Positions 24,701-42,307 of a stretch of 64,000 nt of DNA are shown piece after piece. The stretch's first letter is position 1; every line of letters begins with the position of its first letter. The notes under the pieces are model-generated. The model saw nothing but the letters and a program-made list of their open reading frames with translations, made no database searches and was not told the DNA's origin. A program made the translations under genes and the position numbers. The DNA comes from the human T2T-CHM13v2.0 reference genome, Homo sapiens: assembly GCF_009914755.1 (NCBI RefSeq), contig NC_060928.1. The stretch is one strand, 5' to 3'.

Positions 24701-27700
24701 TAGAAAAACAGATAAGGGTATAGATACACAGAGATAGAAAACCATGTGAAGACACTGGGAGAAAATGGCCACCTATAAGCCAAGGAGGGAGGACTCCAAA
24801 GAAACCAACACTGCTGGTACCCTGATTTCAGACCTCTAGCCTCCTGAATTGTGAGAAAATAAAGTTCTATTATTTAAGTCACCAAGTCTGTGGTACTTTT
24901 TATAGCAGCCCTAGCAGACTGATATAAACACCTATTGAAGATAAAATTTCTTAGAAAGTAGGTGTGGAGAACTGCCTCAACTTGGTACAAAACATGTTCA
25001 AAAAGTCTAGAGCTACCATACTTAATGGTGAGTACAAGACTGAATGTTTTTCTGCTAGGACTGGAAACTAAGCAGGGATATCTTCTCTCACCACTTTTAC
25101 TCAACATAATTGTCTGAGTTTTCTGTTGCTTATAACAGAGTACTTGAAATGCATAATTTATAAAGAAAGGAATTTATGTCTTATGGTTATGAGACTGAAA
25201 AGTTCAAGGTTGAGGAGCCACATCTGGTGAGGGCCTTCCTGCTGGTGGGGGCTCTCTGGAGTCCAGAGGTGACAAAAAGCATCACATGGCGAGGGGCTGA
25301 ATGTACTCATGTGCTAGCTCAGGTCTCTCTTCCTCTTCTTATAAAACTACCGGTTCCCTTTCCGTAATAACACATTGATACTCTAATCCATTCATGAGGG
25401 CAGAGCCACTGTGATCCAATTACCTCTTAAAGCCCCACCTCTCAATACTGCCACATTGGGGATTAAGTTTCAACCTGAATTTTGGAGGGGACATTCAAAC
25501 CACAGCAATAATATTGGAAGTTTAGCCAAATTATGAAGCAGGAGAGAAAAAATATATGAGAAAAAAATAAATAAAAGGCACACAGATTGGAAAGGAAAAT
25601 TATACATCACCCCAAGTTTTTTGGAGAGAAAGTAGTAAAAATGGGTATATTTTGTTTAGAAAGTAATGCAAATTAAAACCACAATGACATATTATTACAT
25701 GCAGCTATAAGCGTATACAGAATAAAAAATAGTGATGATGCTAAGTAAATATAAATGAACAAGGGTGATAATGCTGGCAAGGATGTGGAGAAACTGGATC
25801 ATTCATACATTGCTGGTGATGATGTAAAATGATACAGGCACTGTATAAAATAGTTTGGCAGCATCCTATGAAATAAAACATGCATTTGCCTTACAATCCA
25901 ACAATTGTGCTCTTAGACATTCATCCTTGATAAATGAAAACTACGTGCACACAAAAATATGTACATGAATGTTCACAGAGATTTTTTCATGACTGCCAAA
26001 AACTGGAAACAGATGTGCTTCAGTTGGTAAAATCTGTGATATATCATGTCAGGGAATACTACAGAGCAATAAAAAGGAACAAACTAGTGATACCCACAAG
26101 TTAGGTGGATCTCCAGGGTATTATGATGAGTGAAAAAAGCCAGTCTTCATAAAGAAACTGTGGTACATTTATAAAATAGAATATTATCCAGTGATAAAAA
26201 GAAATAAGCTATCAAGCCATGAAAAGAAATGGAGAAACCTTCAAAGTCATATTGTTGAGTGAAAGATGGGGACGCCAATCTGAAAAGGCTTCACACTGTA
26301 TGATCCCAACTATGACATTTTGAAAAAGGCAAAGCTATGGAGACAATAAAAAGATCAGTGGTTGCTAGGGGTTTGGAGGGAAGGAGAAATGGCTAGGCAG
26401 AGCACAGGCTACTTTTAAAGCAGTGAAAATATTAATATATGATGATGGGTGGCATTATACATTTGTCAAAACCTGTAAAACATACAACACAAATAATGAG
26501 CCCTAATATTCTGTACACTTAAGATCATAATAGTGATTCACCAACTATAACAAACACACCACACTAATGCAAGATATTAACAATAGGGAAACTGGGGTGG
26601 AGAACAAAGGGGTGTATAAGTCTCTGTACTTTCTGCTAGTTTTTCTGTAAACCTAAATGGCTCATAAAAATGTCTATCAATTCTTTTAAAAGCTAATTTC
26701 AGAAGGTTACATATGATATGAGTCCGTTTACATAATATTCTTGAAATGACAAAATTATAGGCATGGAGAGCAGAGAAGTGGTTGCCAGAATTTAGAGAGA
26801 TTGGGTGATGATGAGGTATGTATGGGGAGAAAGGTGACTTTGGTTATGAAAGAATAGCAGCAGAATCCTTGTGGTGATGAAACTATTTTGTGTCTTAACT
26901 GTGGTGGTGGTGATGTGAATCTATGCAAATGATAAAATTGCATAAAACTTCACACATATGCAAGCACACACACTGTGGCACATAAAACTTGTGAAATCTG
27001 AACAAGGTGAGTGCATTGTATTAATGTCAATTTTCTGATTGTAATACTGTACTGTGGTTATGGAAGACATTACCACTGGGAGAAGCTTGTTGAAGGGTAC
27101 ACAGGATCTCTCTGTATTTACTCTTACAGTTTCATATGAATTTTAAATTATCTCAAAATAAAAAAAGAATTAAAAACAATTTAATGTTTTCAGTAGGTTG
27201 TTCTCATAATATTTAAAGCAGGGCATAGTTTTTAATATTGTCTAATTTTGTTTCCTTTCAGTCTATGCATATTGATGCTACTTTATATACGGAAAGTGAT
27301 GTTCACGTGAGTATACTTTTTTTCAAAATTGCTATTTGTCTTGTTATTAAAGTTTTTAAAAGTATATTTTTGTAACAACTAAAATATGGTAGTTTTAAAA
27401 TCTAACTTTTGGTGTGTTTCTATAATATATGGTCAATGAGTTTTATTAGTGATTATTGAGATGGGACTTGGGGACAGATAGCTACATCAATGCTATTTTT
27501 GTAATGGTGCCAAATCAAAATATTAAAAGAGTCTTTTCCATCAATGTCAAACAAGATACATTATACGTTTTTGTGATGCAGTTGCATCATGGTGCAATTA
27601 GATGCAAAAATCAGATTAACTGATTCAATTTAAGAGTAGCCAATATATCAGTTATTTCCAATGCTGTAATGTATCACCATCTGCAATCATATTTTCCATA

Positions 27701-30700
27701 AATTGCTTAAAATCATTCATGTTCTGCATTTTACATGATTCTCTACATTTGTCAGAAAAAGATTCTAATTATTCTCTATGTGAGAAAGGAAACATAACCC
27801 ATGAAACTTATTAGAACTGAAAAATGGTCTTGAACTTGTTTCATTAATACCCTGACATTTCCTAAGGAATGTAGGATTTGTCATGTTGGTGGTGGTTCTT
27901 CCCTTCAGTATTGTTACTAAAACCAAGAAATGAATCCCCAACTTCACGTCAGGGAAAACAAACTCTATGTCCTCTCTCCATTATTCCTCAATTAGAACTT
28001 CTCTTACATAGATGACTTTCTAAGCATTGGAAAGAAACCATAGTCAGAAACTAGAAAAAAGAGATATTCACTAACCAATTGGGTCATGCTGCTGCACAAA
28101 GAAATTGTCTCCCTCCTCTGGCTTCAGCATGGATTCTGTTTTTCTTTGCATTTTTTGTAAAATGGAAAGTAGTCAATTAGCCACCAAATTCAGCATCCTG
28201 AAATTGCTTTTTTGCAAGAAGATAACTTTGCAACCCATGGGTTAGAGAAACAACCTTAGATTTTAGATTTTAGATTTTAGAAGTTTAGATTTTAAAACTG
28301 ACTCCACCACTTTTTACTTGTGTTACCTTGGAGATTGCTAAACATTTCTGAAGCTCATTTTTATTATTGCTGATATGGTGACAGTATTTGTCTTTCAATC
28401 CTAAGCAGTGACTGTTGGGGTTAAGGAATATTACCAGTGCTGGGCACATGGGTGTATTCCTTCATTTTTTTTATCCATTCAGTAAGCATTTGTGAAGTGT
28501 CTGCAGGCTCCCAGGTACTGTGCAAGGTATCGAGGACACAAAGTCAAATAATGGTCAAATCCCTAGATATTCCTTGTTTCCTTTCTTTAAGTTATTGTTA
28601 AAGTAAATGTTGTGGAAAACATATTTTTGTGGCACCTAAGAGAGCCTTTTCTGATTTGATCTGCCTGTAAGTGGACACTAGTCCTGCTTTGATTTTTCTA
28701 ATAAATTTCTTGGAATTACTTCTCTCCCTCTGGAACTTTGGAACTTGAAAGAACAGTATAATTAGCAGCTACCACTATTTAAAATGTTAACAACACAATT
28801 TGATTCTAAAAATTCTTACAAATAAACTGTCTATATTGATGTTTTCAGACTCTAAGGCCAGTATTATTACCCTTTCCACAGGGGAAATGTGCTCGGTGAG
28901 AAAAACTGGCCACTATTTCTGCATTTTCTAGTTTCATGTTCTTCTGTACAATATTGCCATCCTTCTTGATTGTGTTTTGTTGGTTTGTTTTGGTTTTTAT
29001 TTTAAAGCCAAAAGAAAAAAAATTAAGCTGCCTCCTATGTAAAATTTCTTAAGGATATTGTGTATCTTTGTAAAATATTTGGATTGACTTTTTGAAAATC
29101 AAAATTACATCAGTATGAAAATTAATAATCAGAAAAAAGTAATTGTTCTTTATAACTTTTATTTTTAGCCCAGTTGCAAAGTAACAGCAATGAAGTGCTT
29201 TCTCTTGGAGTTACAAGTTATTTCACTTGAGTCCGGAGATGCAAGTATTCATGATACAGTAGAAAATCTGATCATCCTAGCAAACAACAGTTTGTCTTCT
29301 AATGGGGTGAGTTTTCCAACAGTTGCTTAGAGTTGCATCTTATGTTTTGGGCCTGATTTGGAGAAGTCATTCATGGACAAGCAGATCCTCCTAAGGGGCA
29401 ATCAGGAGAAGGAGTCCTGTTCCAGTGGAGTGGTGTGCAAAAGTGGCACCATCTCCAGCATGCACACAATGCTAAACTGTTCAATGATTGATTCAGTAGA
29501 CAAACATTTACAGAATAATGCCAGGTAGTGTGCTTCAGTGCTAGAATTATAGTTGCAAACCAGACAGACAGGTCACTGACCTCAAGGTGTTTATTGTCAG
29601 GTGCAGTGGATAGACATTAATCTAATTACATACTCAAATGTCTAACATCAATAATAGTAACTCACATTTATTGAGTTATTACTGTATGCCAGACACTATT
29701 CTTTGAGCTTTAAATTGATAATTCATTTAATCCTCATGATAAATCTGTGAGATAGTTATCTTTATTTCTGTTTGAATGTTGAAGAAATTGTAGCACTGAG
29801 AGCCTGGATCACTCGCTTCAGTTCATACAGCTAGTAAAATGGGGAGCCACAACTCTTACCCGAGCAGTCTGTCTGCAGAGTCTGTTATCTCATGAGAAGA
29901 TAAATGCTTTAAAAAGATAACAATGAAAATATTAATGATTCGAGTATAATCTGGGACATCCCAGGCAACTTGAGCAGTAGAGGGTTCCAGGAGAGCAAAT
30001 TCTAGGTACTCGTATGATAGGCTGGGGAATCAGCTGTGCAATGGCCCTGAAGTGCAAAGAATTAGGGCTTTCATGGCAAAACACCAGTGGCCAAAGCAAG
30101 GTAGAGAGAAAGCAGTTTTGCAACAAAGAGGCATAATCAAATTAGTTCATTTCATAAATACTTTTTAGCCCTCAGGAGACAGTATGAAAAAATACCCATA
30201 ATCCCTGCTGTTAAAGAGGGAGGAAACAGAAATAAACCAAGCACTCAGCAAATGAGTAATAAGTTAGTTATTTATGAAGTCCAGTGGTGAAAAAGGACAC
30301 AGGGTAGGGGCACTGGGGCTCCAGTTAGGGTAGGCTGAGCTAATAAGCTGCCATTTGACAAAGATGTGAGAGAATGAGCCTTAAGGGTATCTAGGGACAT
30401 ATGTTTAGGCAGAGACAACTGAAAGTGCAAAGGCCCTAAGCTTGTGTGGGTGGACACCTTGACTTTTCTCTAAAAATACAAGACTGCTTTAGGTCTTTGC
30501 TTCAGTGTCACCTTCTCAGTGATTTACCTATTTACAGTTGCAATCCCTTCCCTATTTGAGCACTCCCTGTCCCCTTCTCTGCGTGTCCCATATCTGGAAT
30601 ATGATATATTTTATGTAATGGGTATTGTCTGTTTTTCCCTACTAGAATGTCAGCTTAAAATGGACAAGTGTTTTTGTTTTTTATTAGTACTATATCCAAA

Positions 30701-32170
30701 TTCCCAGAACAGTGTCTCATATATATTAAATACTTTACATATGTATGAAATGAATTTATTAAGGTTTATAATACTCTTATGATGTTATCTCCATCTTATT
30801 GGTGGAAAGAGTGAGCCACGCAACAGGTAACTCATGGCAAAATAAATGATGAGCTCTTTAATGTGAATGTTGATAGTCATCCTCATCATGACAGAGTGTG
30901 ACATACGTGCTGGAATGCGTGGGCAGGACTGCACAGTCAGAAGACCTGGATGGGAAGAATTTCAGTTGATTATGTCAGTTGAGATGAGTCAATATCTCTG
31001 TCTTCCTATCTGACATGATTATTTTCAGGATCAAATAGGACAGCATTATATGAAATATGACAGTGCTTGGCATAGAGGATGTGCTTGATAAATGTCGCTG
31101 ATTCTGAATTCCAAATAGTTAATGGATATAAAATCTAATTTTTATTTTTGCTGGCACAGCCTTCATGGTTCAGATGATCTCTAAAAAGTTTATTCTTAAT
31201 TGCTACATTTGGAACATTCTAGTTATCCATGAGACTGTGTTTGAAGTACAACAATTTGTGGTATTCACCTAAATGGCTCAGTTCAACCAATGGGTGATTA
31301 CAGTGTGTCAGGCCCTGTGCTAAATGCTAGGGAAACAAACATACTGGCTCTGACCTTCTGGCAGAGAGCTTAGAGAATAGTATTACAGTATAAAAAGAGT
31401 AAAACTTCATAATATGAATAGAATACATGACATATTGTGAGAGAGGTCTAAATAAGGGGTTCTGAGATGTAAAGATGGGACATTGAGTCCAGCCCTAGGA
31501 GCCCAGGGGTTCAGAGAAGCCTCCCTAAAAGAGTACCTGAATAATCTTAAGTGCGAGTAGCAGCAGCTAAAATAGGAATGAATGTAACAGAGAGAAAAGC
31601 AAAGGCAGAGAGGCATATAATAGTATGCTGTGCATGGCAAGGAAAGCCAGATGCTCACTCAGTGTTTCTAGGGCATAACATTGAGGCAAGGGGGATATGT
31701 GAAATAAATAGGTAAGGAACAGCTCATGAAGAGCCTGTGTGCTATGCAGGGAGGCATGGTCTTTATGCTAGAAGCAGATGATAGGAAACCATTGAAGGGC
31801 TCAAAGCAGGAACTCCATGGTCTGATAGACACAGCTTATTTTTCTCAATGTCCTTAACCCATTATTGGAAAAATAAACATATATCAAATCTCCCTGTTCT
31901 CTTTCCTCGTAGTTCTTCCTAATATGCTATTTATTTGCTAAAGCTTTCATATCTCAAGACCTCACCATATGGTTCAAACGATATGATATTCCCATTCCCA
32001 TGAATGTATATTTAATTTAATTATAAATTGCCAATTTAATCTCTCTCTATATTTTGCAGAATGTAACAGAATCTGGATGCAAAGAATGTGAGGAACTGGA
32101 GGAAAAAAATATTAAAGAATTTTTGCAGAGTTTTGTACATATTGTCCAAATGTTCATCAACACTTCTTGA
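18784..32170 (+). CDS. IL15: Interleukin-15 precursor, long signal peptide isoform, 162 aa; join(18784..18795,19788..19885,21243..21327,27262..27306,29169..29306,32060..32170)
   Basis: Manual splicing at GT-AG junctions gives 12+98+85+45+138+111=489 nt, open to TGA at 32168-32170. Translation [162 protein letters not shown] matches human IL-15 as I recall it. Confidence 0.99.
19788..19885 (+). CDS. IL15: IL15 exon 4 (KPHLRS...VFILG, long signal peptide)
   Basis: ttttcag|AAACCACAT...TTGGG|gtaatt; 98 nt, ends in phase 2. Confidence 0.98.
20378..20496 (+). other. IL15: IL15 alternative cassette exon 4a (119 nt)
   Basis: tttttcttctctcttag|ATGCAGCTAA...TTGTGCAG|gtaatt. Inclusion stops the long-leader frame at TAA 20385-20387. 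Length matches the known 119-nt exon 4a. Confidence 0.93.
20468..20496 (+). CDS. IL15: Start of IL15 short-signal-peptide isoform ([10 protein letters not shown], continuing in exon 5; 21-aa leader, 135-aa precursor)
   Basis: ATG GTA TTG GGA ACC ATA GAT TTG TGC AG spliced to exon 5 gives [21 protein letters not shown], the known short leader. Confidence 0.92.
21243..21327 (+). CDS. IL15: IL15 exon 5 ([28 protein letters not shown]; mature chain starts at 21277)
   Basis: tttttctttcag|CTGTTTC...ATTCAA|gtgagt; 85 nt; visible inside ORF-track entry 21163..21363. Confidence 0.99.
22512..22963 (+). mobile_element. MLT1 (MLT1C-like) solo LTR
   Basis: tataatgggttgaatagtgtcccccc...ccagaactgt...ctgataCA; TSD catac/catgc. 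Confidence 0.85.
24551..24926 (+). mobile_element. MLT1A-like solo LTR
   Basis: gccacctataagccaaggagggagg...ctgaattgtgagaaaataaa...gcagccctagcagactgatata; TSD aacac. Confidence 0.8.
25111..25507 (-). mobile_element. MST-family solo LTR
   Basis: Ends ...ggacattcaaaccacagCA (reverse complement of the MST start); perfect 5-bp TSD ATAAT at 25106-25110 and 25508-25512. Confidence 0.85.
26150..26686 (+). mobile_element. L1MC1-like 3' end nested within the older L1 3' UTR
   Basis: gctatcaagccatgaaaag...ggagacaataaaaagatcagtggttg; flanked by degenerate duplicates aaaagccagtctt/aaaagctaatttc. Confidence 0.65.
27262..27306 (+). CDS. IL15: IL15 exon 6 ([15 protein letters not shown])
   Basis: tttcctttcag|TCTATG...GTTCAC|gtgagt; 45 nt, phase 0-0. 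Confidence 0.98.
28256..28294. repeat. Short (TTTTAGA)n heptamer repeat
   Basis: ttagattttagattttagattttagaagtttagatttt. Confidence 0.8.
29169..29306 (+). CDS. IL15: IL15 exon 7 ([10 protein letters not shown]...LSSNG)
   Basis: atttttag|CCCAGT...AATGGG|gtgagt; 138 nt, phase 0-0. Confidence 0.98.
29480..31830. mobile_element. Cluster of L2 and MIR fragments in intron 7, mixed orientation
   Basis: MIR cores (about 29650-29880 minus, 30930-31105 plus) and L2 3'-end motifs (about 29480-29640, 30200-30760, 31270-31830). Confidence 0.55.
32060..32170 (+). CDS. IL15: IL15 exon 8 coding part ([10 protein letters not shown]...FINTS-stop)
   Basis: attttgcag|AATGTA...ACTTCT TGA; 111 nt. Confidence 0.98.
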   Translation, partial: NVTESGCKECEELEEKNIKEFLQSFVHIVQMFINTS

Positions 32171-32445
32171 TTGCAATTGATTCTTTTTAAAGTGTTTCTG
32201 TTATTAACAAACATCACTCTGCTGCTTAGACATAACAAAACACTCGGCATTTCAAATGTGCTGTCAAAACAAGTTTTTCTGTCAAGAAGATGATCAGACC
32301 TTGGATCAGATGAACTCTTAGAAATGAAGGCAGAAAAATGTCATTGAGTAATATAGTGACTATGAACTTCTCTCAGACTTACTTTACTCATTTTTTTAAT
32401 TTATTATTGAAATTGTACATATTTGTGGAATAATGTAAAATGTTG

Positions 32446-32451
32446 AATAAA
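32446..32451 (+). terminator. Poly(A) signal candidate 1 (AATAAA)
   Basis: AATAAA followed by GT/T-rich gtgttgtttttt. Confidence 0.55.
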
Positions 32452-32756
32452 AATATGTACAAGTGTTGTTTTTTAAGTTGCACTGATATTTTACCTCTTA
32501 TTGCAAAATAGCATTTGTTTAAGGGTGATAGTCAAATTATGTATTGGTGGGGCTGGGTACCAATGCTGCAGGTCAACAGCTATGCTGGTAGGCTCCTGCC
32601 AGTGTGGAACCACTGACTACTGGCTCTCATTGACTTCCTTACTAAGCATAGCAAACAGAGGAAGAATTTGTTATCAGTAAGAAAAAGAAGAACTATATGT
32701 GAATCCTCTTCTTTATACTGTAATTTAGTTATTGATGTATAAAGCAACTGTTATGA

Positions 32757-32762
32757 AATAAA
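32757..32762 (+). terminator. Poly(A) signal candidate 2 (AATAAA)
   Basis: Canonical hexamer in the 3' UTR. Confidence 0.4.
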
Positions 32763-32819
32763 GAAATTGCAATAACTGGCATATAATGTCCATCAGTAAA
32801 TCTTGGTGGTGGTGGCAAT

Positions 32820-32825
32820 AATAAA
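32820..32825 (+). terminator. Poly(A) signal candidate 3 (AATAAA)
   Basis: Canonical hexamer just upstream of the MER30 element. Confidence 0.4.
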
Positions 32826-32851
32826 CTTCTACTGATAGGTAGAATGGTGTG

Positions 32852-33052
32852 CAAGCTTGTCCAATCACGGATTGCAGGCCACATGCGGCCCAGGACAACT
32901 TTGAATGTGGCCCAACACAAATTCATAAACTTTCATACATCTCGTTTTTAGCTCATCAGCTATCATTAGCGGTAGTGTATTTAAAGTGTGGCCCAAGACA
33001 ATTCTTCTTATTCCAATGTGGCCCAGGGAAATCAAAAGATTGGATGCCCCTG
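32852..33052 (-). mobile_element. MER30 hAT-Charlie DNA transposon in the IL15 3' UTR region
   Basis: CAAGCTTGTCCAA...tgtggcccaacacaaattc...gctcatcagctatc...AAAAGATTGGATGCCCCTG is the reverse complement of the recalled MER30 consensus. Confidence 0.88.
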
Positions 33053-33145
33053 GTATAGAAAACTAATAGTGACAGTGTTCATATTTCATGCTTTCCCAAA
33101 TACAGGTATTTTATTTTCACATTCTTTTTGCCATGTTTATATAAT

Positions 33146-33151
33146 AATAAA
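33146..33151 (+). terminator. Poly(A) signal candidate 4 (AATAAA)
   Basis: Canonical hexamer followed by tgttgatttgttgg. Confidence 0.5.
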
Positions 33152-34466
33152 GAAAAACCCTGTTGATTTGTTGGAGCCATTGTTATCTGACAGAAAATAA
33201 TTGTTTATATTTTTTGCACTACACTGTCTAAAATTAGCAAGCTCTCTTCTAATGGAACTGTAAGAAAGATGAAATATTTTTGTTTTATTATAAATTTATT
33301 TCACCTTAATTCTGGTAATACTCACTGAGTGACTGTGGGGTGGGAAATGATCTCTTAAGAATTTGATTTCTTTCTATTCCATAGTACAAACTCGTTCTCT
33401 GTTGAAACATTCTTCTATCACCCCAGTGCCCTATCCATGTACATGTGTTCTTATTGCTCTAGTCAAACGGTGCTTATAAATATCTTTCAGAAAGTTTAGG
33501 AGAAATCTGTATCCTATTTGACTTCCAATAATCATGTATTGGCTGTCAGCTTCTTACCTACTCTCAGTCCAGAGAAATAGTATTTGGCAGCCACTCTTTA
33601 AAGTTTATGGGTTGTGGATTGTGGCGGTTGATTTATTTTTTTTATTTCAATTGGGATAGAATTTTTTAATATACCTGTATTTTTGTTTTGTTTTATGTAG
33701 CTTTTCTATTAGGGAGAGTAGGAAAAGTGCACCATTTTCTTCTCTAAATTTCCAGTCCAGTCTTTAGGGGAATGTTAGTCTTCCTGAGATGGGGGAAGGA
33801 AAATCATAATGCCAGTCACTTTGCAAATAATATTTTATAGTGATAAATGGTTCATTTTGGTTACATAGGCATACAAGTGGGCTTAAAACTTGGAATTTAC
33901 CAGGGCTCAAAATTAAAATTCTTACATTAGTTACTCGATATGGATCGCTTCAGTTGATCTTAGAAAACTCAAGGCATAGATCTGCAACCACTTTAAAATA
34001 CTATTAGTTAACTGAAGAAACAAAATAATAGTGTAAAACAATCTAAATTTTATTTTTCATGCTTATACTCTTTACAAAATCAGTCTTTCAGATTTTGGAT
34101 TCAAAATCTGCCTGTTTGAACTATCTTCCTTAATTAACCCACTCAGTGTCATTTGCCTAGAGGATACTGTGTTTATGTCTCATTTACTGCCTTAATTGCT
34201 GAAAATATCGTCCATGTAGAACATATAATAAAGAAAGCACAGAAACGTATACTTAGAAACTCAAATAGTAAAGGTAAGCGTAACAATATGATATACAGTT
34301 CAAAGTTATATTGATGAATTTTGTTTTTATCTTTTCTTAATTTCAGGAAAGTAAAAGACATATGAAAGAATATTATCTCTACATTCTCCCTGGCGATGAA
34401 CAAAAAGGGCTAGAAGGCAGAGGACATGGAAATGTAAACAGAACCAATATATAATTGTTGAGCCCA

Positions 34467-34764
34467 GGCCGGGCACGGTGGCTCACGCCTGTGATCCCAG
34501 CACTTTGGGAGGCCGAGGCGGGCGGATCACGAGGTCAGGAGATCGAGACCATCCTGGCTAACACGGTGAAACCCCATCTCTACTAAAAATACAAAAAATT
34601 AGCCTGGTGTGGTGGCAGGCACCTGTAGTCCCAGCTACTCGGGAGGCTGAGGCAGGAGAATGGCATGAACCCAGGAAGTGGAGCTTGAGTGAGCTGAGAT
34701 CGCGCCACTGCACTCCAGACTGGGGGAAAGAGCAAGACTCTGTCTCAAAATAAAATAAAATAAA
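34467..34764 (+). mobile_element. AluY
   Basis: Diagnostic gagatcgagaccatcctggctaacacgg; (TAAAA)n tail; 16-bp TSD ataattgttgagccca. Confidence 0.95.
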
Positions 34765-35539
34765 ATAATTGTTGAGCCCAGAGAATTTTAAAGCCTAATC
34801 ACAAAGCTAGTATTATATACTCTCATTTTTTTAATCTTAGAAGGGTAAGTCACAGAATGACTTTTTTCTTTTGCTACTGTTGTTGTGAGAGAGGATCACG
34901 TGTTTTGATGTGCTACTGTTTATGACCATCAAATTCAATAACTCATAAGGTCAACCAACATATACAATATGAAAATCAAGTAGTGTGGCTGTTCCTTCCC
35001 TTCTCCCCCAACTTAGCACAAAAATACTAGAGAATGCATTTTAGTTCCTTCATCTTTGTTATGTCAGACTTAGCTTAAGCTCTTTGCATTCCTTGTGAGC
35101 CATGGTTAAATGTATGCATGCCATATATAAATATTTTGCACAGAGAAAATCTCATTTCCATAGAGGTTTGGTTCAATGTTTCTGAATGTGTCTGATGACT
35201 GAATTGTGTCCTTAGTAAGAAATTGGTTATGCAAGGTAAACTTTAGCTTCATTAAACAGTGTCCTAATTGTAATTGTATAATCTATCAGATGACACACAG
35301 AAGAAAAATTAATGAATTATTAATAAAGGCTAATGATTTTATTCTATATTTTACTTCTTCAATGCTGTACTTCAAAATGACAATTAGAGGAATTGAAAAG
35401 GAAATTGTTAGACAAGTAGAATTGAAAATTCTACAAGTAATTTATACAAAGTTGTCAACACTTTCAGAATATGGTCATCAGAGAATCCAGAGTCACCCAA
35501 CAGGTGATTTGTCTTCATCATCATCCTCACTTTTTTTTT

Positions 35540-36070
35540 CATTAACAAATTCTCTCCTTTAGTCATATTGAAAGCATCATTCTTGAAAACCTATTATATG
35601 TGAACATTATGTTAGATGCTACAGTTCTAGCTGTGAATAGAAAGCCATAGTCTCAGCCTTCACAGAGATTGCATTTCAGCAGAAGAGCCATATTATCAAA
35701 GTAATAACTTGAGGACTTATTCACTTACCATCATTTCTAATGAACACCACCAGAAGAACATATAATTGGAGGATCTGATTCATTCAAGGTATCAGAATTT
35801 CTTTGAGAAAGTGATATCTGAGGCCAACTACGAATTATGATTAGGACTTATCTGGGGTGAAGTGGGAAGAGTCCACCAGCAAAACAGCTTACCAAAACCT
35901 TCAGTCAGGAAGGATCATGGCATTTTCATAGAGTGGAAGGAATGACAGTACAGCAAGGCTAAAGGAAAGAACTAAAGAGGAAGCTGGTAAGAAAAGTATC
36001 AACTGGTTAGGGTCTAGTAAGAATTTGCTGTCTGACCAAAAGAAATGAGACTTACTCTGAAATGCATAAA
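35540..36070 (-). mobile_element. LINE-2 3' fragment
   Basis: cctattatatgtgaacattatgttagatgct...gtctcagccttcacagag, L2 antisense motifs. Confidence 0.5.
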
Positions 36071-36339
36071 ATATATAGAATGTATTATTTTACCATCAAG
36101 AAAAGAGGTGAAGTCAAAATTCCCTTACCACTAAATCCCAAGTTAATAAAATAATTTCTAATAACAACATCTTACATGGGCCTCATCATTGCAGTCATTT
36201 AATGAATTCTTTTCAACTTAATGGACATAAACTTCAGCAAGTAATTATCTGCTCGCTGTCCAAAACAACAAGCCTTTTTGTAGTGTATATAGTTTGAGAG
36301 GCTGAAGTCAGGACAATTAACATATGAATCCATAACTGG

Positions 36340-41862
<5,523 letters not shown>

Positions 41863-41973
41863 ATCCAGCATTGAAATCTGAAGACTGATAGAATTTATCT
41901 GTCATCAAAATCTTAACATAGGGATGGCTTCTTGAAAAAAAGGACTTTCTAGATTACTTTTCAGTGATAACAA

Positions 41974-42303
<330 letters not shown>

Positions 42304-42307
42304 CGTG

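Larger units (their letters stand above)
21530..27170 (+). mobile_element. Old LINE-1 (L1MD/L1MC-type), sense to IL15, filling most of intron 5 and interrupted by three LTRs and another L1 3' end
   Basis: A-rich ORF1/ORF2 remnants (e.g. gaggaaatggaccaattcttcagaaaccacaaactaccaaaac) and an L1MD-like 3' UTR ending tctcaaaataaaaaaag. Confidence 0.8.
32171..33310 (+). other. IL15: IL15 3' UTR (distal end approximate)
   Basis: AT-rich sequence after the stop, with ATTTA motifs (e.g. 32399-32403) and four AATAAA hexamers. The true 3' end cannot be fixed from DNA alone. Confidence 0.7.

Noticed and set aside
28707-28715. STAT5-type GAS motif TTCTTGGAA in intron 6 as a feedback element
   Set aside because: An isolated 9-mer, expected by chance in AT-rich DNA, with no supporting cluster.
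32047-32250. Antisense ORF over IL15 exon 8
   Set aside because: Shadow frame of the coding exon, with no independent support.
35206-35562. 118-aa ORF downstream of IL15
   Set aside because: Starts at GTG, has a composition typical of AT-rich non-coding DNA, and shows no recognisable homology.
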